Shown here piece by piece: positions 54,990 through 64,000 of a stretch of DNA of 64,000 nucleotides. Each line of letters starts with the position of its first letter. Within the stretch, counting starts at the first letter, position 1. Position numbers and translations under genes: made by a program. A model generated the notes under the pieces. The model made no database searches, was not told the DNA's origin, and saw only the letters and a list, made by a program, of their open reading frames with translations. Origin of the DNA: Candidatus Babeliales bacterium (GTDB lineage Bacteria > Babelota > Babeliae > Babelales > JBFXEV01); NCBI GenBank assembly GCA_050179755.1, contig JBFXEV010000001.1, positions 1,061,940-1,125,939 of the forward strand, written 5' to 3'.

Positions 54990-57506
54990 ATGAAAAAAAG
55001 TTATATACTATGTATTGTGGTTATTGCCGCGATCAGAACAGGGTTCTGTTTTGGTCATCAACAAGATCTTGATCGTTTAGGAAATTTAAATATGCACTAC
55101 GTAAAACCATTTCAAGAACTGGGCATTGATGATGTACCTTTAGTTGGCGGTAAGAATGCTTCACTTGGTCAAATGATTCAGGGTCTTACAAAAGAAGGGT
55201 TGCGTATCCCTGATGGATTTGCAATAACCGCACAAGGCTATTGGCATTTTATTAAGCATAATAATTTAATTGAAAAACTTAAAAAAGTTGCGCAGCAGCT
55301 ACAAGATCCATCTGATCTTACCATGCTCCAAAAAGTGGGCCATGAAATGCGGGCGCTTGTGGAATCTGGTACCTTGCCCGAAGACTTGCGTACAGAAATT
55401 GTCAGTGCATATCAGGCACTTTCGCAAGAATATGGCACGCAAAATTGTGATGTTGCGGTGCGTTCATCGGCAACTGCCGAAGATTTGCCGGAAGCTTCTT
55501 TTGCAGGGCAACAAGAAACTTATTTGAATGTACATGGGCAAGATGATCTTCTTAAAAGCGTAATTAAATGTTTTGCCTCGCTTTTTACTGATCGCGCGAT
55601 TGTGTATCGCATGGAAAAAGGGTTTGATCAATTTGAAGTTGGCCTTTCGGTGGGTGTGCAAAAGATGATTAGATCTGATCTTGCCTGTTCAGGTGTAATG
55701 TTTACGCTTGATACGGAGACTGGTTTTAAAGACATGATTATGATTAATGGTGCCTACGGCCTTGGTGAAGCAATAGTACAAGGCATTGTAAATCCAGACG
55801 AATATCGTGTGTATAAACCAACACTCAAACAAGGGTTTTCACCAATTGTTAAAAAAAGTGTAGGCAGCAAAACAATTAAAATGGTGTATGCCGAAAAAGG
55901 TGCTTCGCTCATACAAAAAATTGATGTTCCTGACGAAGAGCAAGTGCTATTTTGTTTGAACAATCAAGAAATATTAGAACTGGCACGTGCTGGTTTGATT
56001 ATTGAACAATATTATTCTGATCGGAATGGCCGTTGGACTCCTATGGATATTGAATGGGCCAAAGACGGTAAAGATGGCAAGTTATATATTTTGCAAGCAC
56101 GCCCTGAGACCGTGCATGCTGCAGATCAAGATAACGTAGTGCATCAATATAAATTTATTGATGTGAAAGAAGACCAACTCAAGCAACAATTGATTGTGAC
56201 GGGCCAAAGTGTTGGTCAGGAAATTGCTTCTGGCAAAGCTCGAGTAGTAGAATCTATACATGATATAGCTCGTTTTAATAAAGGTGATGTTCTGGTTACC
56301 GATATGACCGACCCTGATTGGGTGCCTGTTATGAAAAAAGCATCTGCCATTGTTACCAATCGTGGCGGCAGAACGTGCCACGCAGCAATTGTTTCTCGTG
56401 AGCTTGGCATTAGTGCGGTAATTGGTGCTGATGGCGCTACTGATACGATTAAAGATGGCCAGGAAATTACTATAGATTGCAGTAAGGGTGAAACGGGTTA
56501 CGTATACAATGGGCTTATTCCTTTTGAAGTAGAGACTATAAAGCTTGATGCGCTTCCTGAATTGCCTGTAAAATTAATGGTTAATTGTGCTGATCCTGAT
56601 CGTGCATTAACTTTATCATTCTTGCCTGTCTCAGGTGTGGGCCTTGCACGACTTGAATTTGTTATTAGCAATTGGATTAAAATGCACCCCATGGTGGCTA
56701 TTAAACCAGACGTGCTTAAAGGCGCAGAAGAACAAGCTGCCATTAAAGAATTAACAGCTGCCTATAATGGTGATATTAAGAAGTTCTTTGTAGATTCTCT
56801 TGCGCAAGGTATTGCAAGTATTGCAGCAGCGTTTTATCCCCGCCCTATCATTGTGCGATTTTCTGATTTTAAGAGTAACGAATATTTTAACTTACTTGGT
56901 GGTAAATATTTTGAGCCCGATGAAGAAAACCCTATGATCGGCTTTCGTGGTGCTTCTCGTTATTATTCACCGCATTACCAGCCTGCTTTTGAGCTTGAAT
57001 GCCAAGCAATGAAAAAAGTGCGTGATGATATGGGGCTCACCAACGTATGGGCAATGATTCCATTTGTACGTACCGTAACTGAAGGGCAGAAAGTGCTTGA
57101 AGTTATGAAGAATCAAGGCCTTGAAAAAGGTAAAAATGGTTTAAAAGTGATTATGATGTGTGAAATACCTTCAAATGTAATTTTAGCCGATGAATTTCTA
57201 AAAACATTTGATGGTTTTTCTATTGGTTCAAATGATTTAACGCAAATGACATTGGCAGTTGACCGTGATTCTGCATTACTTGCGCCTCTTTTTGATGAGC
57301 GTGATGCGGCAGTTAAAAAAATGCTCGAGCTTGCAGTTGAAGCTTGCAATCGCCATGACAAATACAGCGGCATCTGTGGGCAAGCACCGTCAGATCATCC
57401 AGAGATTGCACAATTCTTGATTGATAAAGGGATTGGATCATTGTCGCTTAATGCTGACACGGTGATGCCGTTTATCGTACGCTTTAGTAAGCGCGGTAAG
57501 AACTAA
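54990..57506 (+). CDS. ppsA: Phosphoenolpyruvate synthase (pyruvate, water dikinase) with a hydrophobic N-terminal extension
   Basis: VGGKNASLGQM, GGRTCHAAIVSRELGI (phospho-His) and a C-terminal PEP-utilising domain. GGAGG SD 6 nt before 54990. Alternative start at 55092. Confidence 0.9.
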   Translation: MKKSYILCIVVIAAIRTGFCFGHQQDLDRLGNLNMHYVKPFQELGIDDVPLVGGKNASLGQMIQGLTKEGLRIPDGFAITAQGYWHFIKHNNLIEKLKKVAQQLQDPSDLTMLQKVGHEMRALVESGTLPEDLRTEIVSAYQALSQEYGTQNCDVAVRSSATAEDLPEASFAGQQETYLNVHGQDDLLKSVIKCFASLFTDRAIVYRMEKGFDQFEVGLSVGVQKMIRSDLACSGVMFTLDTETGFKDMIMINGAYGLGEAIVQGIVNPDEYRVYKPTLKQGFSPIVKKSVGSKTIKMVYAEKGASLIQKIDVPDEEQVLFCLNNQEILELARAGLIIEQYYSDRNGRWTPMDIEWAKDGKDGKLYILQARPETVHAADQDNVVHQYKFIDVKEDQLKQQLIVTGQSVGQEIASGKARVVESIHDIARFNKGDVLVTDMTDPDWVPVMKKASAIVTNRGGRTCHAAIVSRELGISAVIGADGATDTIKDGQEITIDCSKGETGYVYNGLIPFEVETIKLDALPELPVKLMVNCADPDRALTLSFLPVSGVGLARLEFVISNWIKMHPMVAIKPDVLKGAEEQAAIKELTAAYNGDIKKFFVDSLAQGIASIAAAFYPRPIIVRFSDFKSNEYFNLLGGKYFEPDEENPMIGFRGASRYYSPHYQPAFELECQAMKKVRDDMGLTNVWAMIPFVRTVTEGQKVLEVMKNQGLEKGKNGLKVIMMCEIPSNVILADEFLKTFDGFSIGSNDLTQMTLAVDRDSALLAPLFDERDAAVKKMLELAVEACNRHDKYSGICGQAPSDHPEIAQFLIDKGIGSLSLNADTVMPFIVRFSKRGKN

Positions 57507-57530
57507 AAAACGAGTAGTAAAAATACTAAT

Positions 57531-57568
57531 GGGCGGATCAATGCCTTAGCAAGATCCGCCCAATTTAT
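57531..57568. terminator. Hairpin between convergent genes (possible bidirectional terminator)
   Basis: GGGCGGATC/GATCCGCCC 9-bp stem with a 13-nt loop. Flanking U-tracts are weak. Confidence 0.45.
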
Positions 57569-57579
57569 TGAGAAGTTTT

Positions 57580-57897
57580 TTATCGATTGGTTCTGCAAAC
57601 AGAAGTGCATGCGCGTTGCTCTGGTTCACATTGTTCTGATGGTTGATAGCGCACAATTTCAAGAGCCCGCGGTGCGCGATAATGCCAACATTGCTCGCAG
57701 CGGCCACGATTGAATGAATGGCGGTATCTGCTGCATGGGCAATTACATTGTACGTGATGATATTTTTTAAAGTCAGGGCCACATGAACGATCTAAATGAA
57801 AGCTATTATCCATGCAATCAATATCAGCGCGCATGCGTGTACTAAAAAGAATTAATAAAATATTGAATAATAAAAAGAGCCAGACGTATCGCTTCAT
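57580..57897 (-). CDS. Small Cys-rich secreted protein
   Basis: The ATG at 57897 has a GGAG SD. Signal peptide, then a mature part rich in Cys, His and Arg. Confidence 0.45.
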   Translation of the reverse strand: MKRYVWLFLLFNILLILFSTRMRADIDCMDNSFHLDRSCGPDFKKYHHVQCNCPCSRYRHSFNRGRCEQCWHYRAPRALEIVRYQPSEQCEPEQRACTSVCRTNR

Positions 57898-57963
57898 GAT
57901 AATCTCCATTTAGATTTTGCTTCTACAATGAGTATATCACGAAAAAAATTCTAATAGCAATAA

Positions 57964-58881
57964 CTATAGGACGCGTTCCATAATTTTAGCGGGCTTCACC
58001 ATAAACTGCTCTAGTTGCTCAAGTTCTTTAAAGTATGCTCGAATTTCAGCGCTATACCGCGGATCTTGTAAAGCAAAGCTTATATTTGCTTTTAACCACC
58101 CTGCGGGTGTGCCAATGTCATAACGTGTACCTTGTACTTTATACGCAAATACTTTTTCACCATTGCGCATCATATTGGCAATACCATCAGTTAATTGTAA
58201 TTCGCCAGAGAAATCAGTTTCAATTTCTTCAAGCGCGGGAAACAGCTTGTGCGAAAGTATGTAACGCCCCACTATGGCCAAATTGGAAGGCGTATCTTTT
58301 TCTGCTGGTTTTTCAACCAAGTGAGATACTTGGAATAATTGTGGGGTAAATTGCTTTTTTATGCCTACCATGCCGTAGTGGTGTGATTTATCGGTAGGAA
58401 CTTCTGCTACCGCAATAACGCTGGCTTTTTCTTGACGAGCAATGCGCATAAGTTGATCAAGAGCGGGAATTTTTGAAACAATAATATCATCTGGCAAGCA
58501 AACGCCAAAATATTCTTTATTAATGGAATGTCGCGCGCGCCAAATGGCATGCCCTAGCCCGCGTGGTTCTGCTTGGCGAATATAGGTAAAGTTGGCAATA
58601 GTTGCAATTCGCTCTATATCGGCGAGTGCACTTAATTTTGCTTTATCTTTTAAGAATAGATCAAGTTCAAAATTATGATCAAAGTAATTTGCCATGTCAT
58701 GGCTGCGTTTGTTGGTGATCACGAAGAAATTATCAATGCCAGATTGCATGCCTTCGTCTACTATGTAATGGAGGGCAGGCTTATTGAGCAAGGGCAGCAT
58801 CTCCTTGGGTATTGTTTTGGTGCAAGGCATAAACCGTGTGCCAAGTCCTGCTGCAGGAATAATTGCTTTAATGATCTCCAT
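57964..58881 (-). CDS. galU: UTP--glucose-1-phosphate uridylyltransferase
   Basis: AIIPAAGLGTRFMPCTKTIPKEMLPL N-terminal motif. Confidence 0.9.
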   Translation of the reverse strand: MEIIKAIIPAAGLGTRFMPCTKTIPKEMLPLLNKPALHYIVDEGMQSGIDNFFVITNKRSHDMANYFDHNFELDLFLKDKAKLSALADIERIATIANFTYIRQAEPRGLGHAIWRARHSINKEYFGVCLPDDIIVSKIPALDQLMRIARQEKASVIAVAEVPTDKSHHYGMVGIKKQFTPQLFQVSHLVEKPAEKDTPSNLAIVGRYILSHKLFPALEEIETDFSGELQLTDGIANMMRNGEKVFAYKVQGTRYDIGTPAGWLKANISFALQDPRYSAEIRAYFKELEQLEQFMVKPAKIMERVL

Positions 58882-58897
58882 AAAAACTCCTTAATGA

Positions 58898-59932
58898 TCA
58901 AAATTGCTGTAGAAAATTTACTTTCGCGCTATGCAGCAAGCGAATGTCATTGATACCGTATTTAAGCATAGCCAGGCGTGTGATACCAAAACCAAAAGCA
59001 AAGCCGCTATATACTGTTGGATCAATATTTACACTTTTGAGTACGTGAGGGTGAATCATGCCCGCGCCAGCAATTTCAATCCAGCGAGATTGTTTGCAAG
59101 TTGCGCAACCATTTGAACAGAATGGGCATGACATACAAATATCAAGGCCAGGTTCTACAAACGGGAAATAGCTGGGTCCAACGCGAATTTCCAATTTTTT
59201 GTCTTCAAAAATAGCTTGTAAAAATGTTTTTACCGTAGCAAGTAAATTGCTTACTGATACATTCTTATCAATAAATAATCCTTCAAGTTGCATAAACACA
59301 AAATCATGCGATGCATCTGTAGCTTCGTGTCTATAGCATCTACCGGGAGCAATTACTGCAAGAGGTAATTCATGTTGTTCCATGGCATGCACTTGCACAG
59401 GAGACGTATGTGTTCTTAATAATAAATCAGGGACATTTAGATAAAAAGTATCCCACATATCACGTGCAGGGTGATCGGCAGGAATATTTAGTGCTTCAAA
59501 ATTATAAAAGGTTGTTTCAACTTCTGGACCATCTGCAATGCGATACCCCATAGAGATAAAGACGTCTTCTATATGATCAACAATTTGCGTAATAGGGTGT
59601 ATGCTGCCTGAAAGTGTGCCGGGCGTATAAGAAGTAACATCAAAATACTGCTGTTTTTTTAATTCTTCTTGAACGCTAAGTACATCTAAAGCTTTAAGTT
59701 TTTGGTCAAATGATGCTGTAAGCTCTTCTTTAAGTGCATTAAGAAGCGGTCCCATTTCTCGTTTTTCTTCGACTGATGCATTTTTAAGGTGGCCCATCAG
59801 CTCTGTAAGGGTGCCTTGGCGCCCCAGATAGGTCACGCGAACTGCTTCAAGAGCACTTGCATCTTGAGCTGCTGCGAGCGCATTATTAAAGGCTTTTTTT
59901 GTATTGGTTATTAATTCTTTAAGAGATTTCAT
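58898..59932 (-). CDS. pheS: Phenylalanine--tRNA ligase alpha subunit
   Basis: Class II motifs (HPARDMWDTFY, FRHEATDASH...) and 344 aa. No pheT follows it. Confidence 0.95.
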   Translation of the reverse strand: MKSLKELITNTKKAFNNALAAAQDASALEAVRVTYLGRQGTLTELMGHLKNASVEEKREMGPLLNALKEELTASFDQKLKALDVLSVQEELKKQQYFDVTSYTPGTLSGSIHPITQIVDHIEDVFISMGYRIADGPEVETTFYNFEALNIPADHPARDMWDTFYLNVPDLLLRTHTSPVQVHAMEQHELPLAVIAPGRCYRHEATDASHDFVFMQLEGLFIDKNVSVSNLLATVKTFLQAIFEDKKLEIRVGPSYFPFVEPGLDICMSCPFCSNGCATCKQSRWIEIAGAGMIHPHVLKSVNIDPTVYSGFAFGFGITRLAMLKYGINDIRLLHSAKVNFLQQF

Positions 59933-59934
59933 AA

Positions 59935-60130
59935 ATTCCCTGCGGGTGTTGTTGATGCAGTGAGTTTACCAAACAAAATGGTGATGAGCAAGCAATATAG
60001 GTCCGCCGTCGCGCTTACTGCGCTATGGCGTGACACTCTACGCCTTAGCTCTAAAGGAGCGGCGGCGAGTGAGTTTACCAAACAAAATGGTGATGAGCAA
60101 GGATCGAGGCTAGTAAACCTGCGGTAACGT
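59935..60130. repeat. Composite repeat block in the pheS/tRNA-Phe intergenic region
   Basis: 33-bp perfect direct repeat GTGAGTTTACCAAACAAAATGGTGATGAGCAAG at 59960-59992 and 60069-60101. GC-rich arm at 60003-60044. Confidence 0.6.
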
Positions 60131-60150
60131 GTTTGTTGGATGAAAAAACG

Positions 60151-60178
60151 TTGACAAAAGAACAGGGGCGGGTATGAT
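60151..60178 (+). promoter_or_regulatory. Sigma70-like promoter TTGACA-N16-TATGAT for tRNA-Phe
   Basis: Hexamers at 60151-60156 and 60173-60178, 22 nt before the tRNA 5' end. Confidence 0.5.
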
Positions 60179-60200
60179 ATATAACATATTTTTAAGTAAT

Positions 60201-60275
60201 GCCGAGGTAGCTCAGTGGTAGAGCGTAAGCCTGAAGAGCTTAGCGTCGGGGGTTCAATTCCCTCTCTCGGCACCA
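60201..60275 (+). tRNA. tRNA-Phe (anticodon GAA), CCA encoded
   Basis: Hand-folded cloverleaf. Acceptor GCCGAGG/TCTCGGC, D arm GCTC..GAGC, anticodon stem TAAGC/GCTTA with loop CTGAAGA, T arm GGGGG-TTCAATT-CCCTC, then ACCA. Confidence 0.9.
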
Positions 60276-60276
60276 C

Positions 60277-60345
60277 TCGCCTACGCTCCGTAGGAGCTAC
60301 GGCGTAGTGCCACGCCATAGCGCTTTGCGCGACGGCGGGCAGTCT
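60277..60345. repeat. GC-rich repeat copy; inverted partner of 60003-60044
   Basis: The reverse complement of 60301-60338 (CCGCCGTCGCGC..GCGCTATGGCGTG.CAC.TACGCC) matches 60003-60044 apart from a few changes. Confidence 0.6.
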
Positions 60346-60583
60346 GCCAACCCCCCAAGCAAAAGTTTGTTCACGGCACGGGTCAGTTCCGTATAAAAAA
60401 ACAACACGCTAAACGCGCTCAACATTTATCTATTTTTTAGGTATAATTCTTATGTTACTAAAAATATTTTGATCAAATACTATGCATTCTCTTGCAAATT
60501 GATTCTCAAATATACTATTATCTAGTTTGTAGCAACTTAAGCTAACATTTATTTAATTATTTAATCTACTGGAGAGTAAGATT

Positions 60584-61321
60584 ATGAAAACACTTTTTTT
60601 ATCAGTACTTTTAAGTTCTATAATGTTGACAATTCAGGTGAGTAAAGGAATGGATAAAGGTTCTGAACCAAAAGAACTAAAGCCACGAGCAAAAAGTTAT
60701 TTTATACGACGAGGTAAGACAGATAAAGTAGAAACGCGTCGTAATTCTGCATCGGCAATTGAAGGTGCAGCATCTCAAGGAATCATAAAAAAAAGAGGTT
60801 CATTTATATTTGGGCAAAAATCTTCTTCTCGAAGATCAGAATCACAACAAATTAATATTGAAGAAACACCTGACAATATAATAGAGCATGGTAGTCAAAT
60901 TGTTGCAGCGGTTGCATTGAGTAAAGGTGCTCGTCAATCATCGGTAGCTCAACCAGCTGATCTTCCAAAGAGTTTTCAGTTTCAGGTGCAACAAAGTGAT
61001 GGAACATTTACAACTAAAATAACAGATGTTGCTCCGGAAAAAAAACTGGCACTCCCTCCGCATTTACGTGCTGCACAAATTACATTAGCTCGCCGTGCTA
61101 ACTTATGCCATGTTGAATTAAAACGAACTGGTAGAGATAGTATGGCAGATCAATCTGCACAAGATCTTTTGGGTGAGTCTGGCAAAGGTGCATTGCTGCA
61201 AGGTCCTTTGCTAAAGCAATCACCGCGTAGTGATGATACGGTAACGCCGCGCAGCTCGGAATCTACTCCGCGCAGCGACGATAGTTCATCACCGCGTGTA
61301 GAAGATGCTGGGCCAAATTAG
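60584..61321 (+). CDS. Secreted, largely disordered protein with C-terminal S/P/R/D repeats
   Basis: Signal peptide. C-terminus SPRSDDTVTPRSSESTPRSDDSSSPR. Confidence 0.45.
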   Translation: MKTLFLSVLLSSIMLTIQVSKGMDKGSEPKELKPRAKSYFIRRGKTDKVETRRNSASAIEGAASQGIIKKRGSFIFGQKSSSRRSESQQINIEETPDNIIEHGSQIVAAVALSKGARQSSVAQPADLPKSFQFQVQQSDGTFTTKITDVAPEKKLALPPHLRAAQITLARRANLCHVELKRTGRDSMADQSAQDLLGESGKGALLQGPLLKQSPRSDDTVTPRSSESTPRSDDSSSPRVEDAGPN

Positions 61322-61431
61322 CCAATCGGTGACAATTAAAATACTACAAAATAATTTTAATATTTTTCTGTTGCGTAGTTTTTTTTTATGGTATCATGAG
61401 GGCATAGGGTAATTTTAAGCTGGGAATAACA

Positions 61432-61809
61432 ATGAAGCAACAACCTTCTGATAACTATTCAGTTGCGTGGTTTAAATTGGCAGAGTTTGTCAGCCGGGGT
61501 GAAAAGGTCCGGGCAATGGGGCTCTATCGTTTACTTGCGCATTCACTTGATGATCAAGCACTTATCCTTCAACTTGAAGGTGATTTATTACGTTCTTTTG
61601 ACGATGCAAATGCTATTGAGCGGTATGAACATGCAGCGCTTGCCTATAAAGCAAGTGGGCGCTATATGGAAGCAGTGTCTATATATGAACATTTGATGGT
61701 GCTCAATCCTCAACAACCACTCTATCGCCAAGCTGCTGTTAAATTGTATGCGTTGCTTGATATTCCAGAGCGTGCGGCAATGCATCAAGAGATCTTGGAT
61801 AAGAATTAA
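61432..61809 (+). CDS. Hypothetical helical (TPR-like) protein
   Basis: 125-aa ORF with Ala/Leu-rich helical-pair periodicity. Overlaps the convergent dnaE stop by 4 nt. Confidence 0.4.
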   Translation: MKQQPSDNYSVAWFKLAEFVSRGEKVRAMGLYRLLAHSLDDQALILQLEGDLLRSFDDANAIERYEHAALAYKASGRYMEAVSIYEHLMVLNPQQPLYRQAAVKLYALLDIPERAAMHQEILDKN

Positions 61810-64000
61810 ATTTCCAATGTTACACTCATGCCATGCGCATCTTCAAGTTCATGGAGCTGCTCTGGATCAAGTTTAATTTTTTTTCCCGTTTTTAAACGTA
61901 ATTTTTTGCCATTCTCATGAAAAATAATATGGAGCGGTGTATTGCCCTTTGTTAGATCTTCTTTTAGCGCTGCGATTAATTTTGGCTCAACAGTGGCGGG
62001 TAAATGGAACGCTGCATGATTAATTTCAGGCCATTCTTGGTAAAATAATTCTACCGGCACCATTTGATTTGCTTTAATCTTGCATTGGTGTGTTGATGTA
62101 ACATCCAAAAATCCTTTGATCACAAACACGTGATACTGTTCAAGCCATTCTTCAACTTTGGTAAATACTTTAGGAAACACTACAATCTCTGCATGTGATT
62201 CAGTATCCTCAAGTTGCACAAATGCCATGCGATCACCTTTTTTAGTGACAATAACTTTGCTTGATTTAAGTAACCCGCAGCCAAGCACCATAGGCTCATC
62301 AGTAGTTTGCTCATGTTTGGCGAGCGTGGCAGAAAATGAAGGGATTGCAAGTCGTTTTAAATGCCGTTTATACGTATCCAAAGGATGTGCACTTAAATAA
62401 AAACCAATAACTTCTTTTTCCTGTTCTAACTTTTCTTTATTGTTCCACGGCTCGCGCGGCGTAAAAGCATAGGCAGGTGTTTCACTTTGTTCGCTTGGGC
62501 TGCTCATTGAGAATAATCCCATTTGGCCCGTTTCAAGTTGCCGCTTGCGCTCAGTTGCTTGCTCGATAATAATAGATAGTTCATCATATTGTTGAGCGCG
62601 ATGGCCAGGTAGAGTATCAAAAGCTCCTGCACAAATTAAATTTTCAATGACGCGCTTATTGACCGTGCGTAAATCACAACGTGTACAAAAATCAAGTAAA
62701 TCAGTAAATGGTTTTTTAGTGCGCTCAAGCAGAATATTATCAAGCGCCGCATGCCCCACGTTCTTAATGCCAAGAAGACCAAACAAAATGCCACCGTCAG
62801 CAACGGTAAATTCTTGCTGAGATTGATTAATATTTGGTGGGCGGATAGTGAGCCCCATATCTTTTGCTTCTTGCAAATAGAAGCTCATTTTTTCTGCGTG
62901 CGTTGCTTCAAGCGAAATCAAGCATGCCATAAATTCGGCAGGGTAGTTTGCTTTGAGGTATGCCGTTTGATAGGTAATGAGGCTATACGCTCCTGCATGT
63001 GACTTATTAAAGCCATAGCCTGCAAAGTATTCCATCAAGTCAAAAAGCTGCCCCGCTTTTTTGGGGTCAAAATTACGTTCACCAGCTTTGGTTAAAAAGA
63101 TCTGGCGTTGTTCTGCCATAACTTCTACTTTTTTCTTACCCATGGCACGGCGTAGAATATCTGATTCACCAAGTGAATAACCGGCGATGGTAGAGGCTAC
63201 TTTCATAACCTGCTCTTGATAGACAATCACGCCATAGGTTTCTGCAAGGATTGGTGCGAGTTCTTCAAAAAGATAGGTTATCTTTTGTCTGCCATGTTTA
63301 CGCTCAATAAAATCGTCTACCATGCCAGAGCCTAATGGCCCGGGGCGATAGAGCGCGTTCACCGCAATAAGATCTTCAAATTTTTCTGGTTGCAGTTTGC
63401 GCAAAACATCTTTCAGGCCGCTTGATTCAAATTGAAACACGCCCGAAGTTTCGCCGTTTTTAAGCAGTTGAAATGTTTTTTCGTCCTCAAGAGGCAATCT
63501 ATCTATATCTATCGATACGCCATGAATGTTTTTGATCATTTTGACTGCACGGTCAATAAGCGTTAAGTTTTTAAGCCCCAAAAAGTCAATTTTCAAAAAT
63601 CCAATGCTTTCAAGCTCGGTCATGGCATATTGTGTTACAATATCATTGGTTTTTGGTGGAATATAAATGGGTAAAATTTGATCGATAGGATCTGGCGTAA
63701 TCACAATGCCCGCTGCATGCTTGGAGGCATGGCGTGTTAAACCCTCTAATTTAAAGGCAATATCAAATAAATGTTTAACCTTTGGATTACTTTCTATAAG
63801 ATCGCGAAGCCGTGGCTCTTGATCAACTGCTTCTTGGAGTGAGATTTTAAGTTGTTCTGGGATTAAGCGTGTAATGTGATTTGAATCTTCAAACGGAATG
63901 CCAAGTACGCGTGCCACGTCTTTGACCACGCCTTTTGCGGCCATGGTACCAAACGTAATAATTTGACCAACTTTATCGTGCCCGTATCTATCTTTGCAGT
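61806..64000 (-). CDS. dnaE: DNA polymerase III alpha subunit (C-terminal ~730 aa; 5' end outside window)
   Basis: The frame stays open to nt 64000. DnaE finger and beta-binding regions are present (GLLGLKNL..., FNKSHAGAYS, OB-fold tail). Confidence 0.95.
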   Translation of the reverse strand, partial: CKDRYGHDKVGQIITFGTMAAKGVVKDVARVLGIPFEDSNHITRLIPEQLKISLQEAVDQEPRLRDLIESNPKVKHLFDIAFKLEGLTRHASKHAAGIVITPDPIDQILPIYIPPKTNDIVTQYAMTELESIGFLKIDFLGLKNLTLIDRAVKMIKNIHGVSIDIDRLPLEDEKTFQLLKNGETSGVFQFESSGLKDVLRKLQPEKFEDLIAVNALYRPGPLGSGMVDDFIERKHGRQKITYLFEELAPILAETYGVIVYQEQVMKVASTIAGYSLGESDILRRAMGKKKVEVMAEQRQIFLTKAGERNFDPKKAGQLFDLMEYFAGYGFNKSHAGAYSLITYQTAYLKANYPAEFMACLISLEATHAEKMSFYLQEAKDMGLTIRPPNINQSQQEFTVADGGILFGLLGIKNVGHAALDNILLERTKKPFTDLLDFCTRCDLRTVNKRVIENLICAGAFDTLPGHRAQQYDELSIIIEQATERKRQLETGQMGLFSMSSPSEQSETPAYAFTPREPWNNKEKLEQEKEVIGFYLSAHPLDTYKRHLKRLAIPSFSATLAKHEQTTDEPMVLGCGLLKSSKVIVTKKGDRMAFVQLEDTESHAEIVVFPKVFTKVEEWLEQYHVFVIKGFLDVTSTHQCKIKANQMVPVELFYQEWPEINHAAFHLPATVEPKLIAALKEDLTKGNTPLHIIFHENGKKLRLKTGKKIKLDPEQLHELEDAHGMSVTLEI

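Noticed and set aside
59933-60200. T-box riboswitch or pheM-like Phe-rich leader peptide upstream of pheS
   Set aside because: On the minus strand there is no T-box consensus (..GGTGGTACCGCG..), no specifier-loop context and no Phe-codon-rich mini-ORF.
59929-60318. 129-aa minus-strand ORF across the pheS/tRNA-Phe intergenic region
   Set aside because: It runs straight through the tRNA-Phe gene and the GC-rich repeats. Its sequence (..GIEPPTLSSSGLRSTTELPRH..) is the typical antisense-tRNA translation artefact.

Overview
AT-rich bacterial chromosomal window with dense coding on both strands. No rRNA, CRISPR array, transposase or integrase is recognisable. All calls are by eye from the ORF track and the DNA; no database or HMM search was run, so family names are motif-level.

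Housekeeping anchors:
- rpmE-prfA
- pheS, with a divergent tRNA-Phe(GAA)
- galU, ppsA, sod, brnQ
- dnaE (partial, at the window edge)
- alr
- argR plus two polar amino-acid ABC importers
- a NupC-type nucleoside transporter
- an Lrp/LysE pair

The accessory content points to a host-associated (amoeba or protist symbiont-like) bacterium. This is inference only. It includes:
- about 9 ankyrin-repeat proteins, most with signal peptides
- a Skp1/BTB-like + LRR protein
- three tandem secreted HExxH (M48-like) peptidase paralogs
- two membrane-anchored bactofilin-like beta-helix proteins interleaved with ankyrin genes
- many classically cytosolic enzymes carrying signal-like N-termini

Most interesting observations:
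1. A 5.5-kb AT-rich island sits at the 3' end of alr, between two 186-bp near-identical direct repeats of the alr 3' end. It carries a 1307-aa protein with an EndoU-like C-terminal toxin domain, followed 1 nt later by a two-domain candidate immunity gene.
2. A second, older insertion has the same architecture: an isochorismatase-family gene between two copies of the 3' end of an M48-like gene.
3. A 350-bp array of four stem-closed RNA-like modules lies between prfA and a NUDIX gene. Their closing helices differ in sequence but each remains perfectly complementary. A sigma70-like promoter and a terminal T-run flank the array.
4. A D-amino-acid-oxidase homolog upstream of alr appears circularly permuted.
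5. A family of GC-rich palindromic dispersed repeats is present. One copy is translated inside an ankyrin ORF, and two copies bracket tRNA-Phe.
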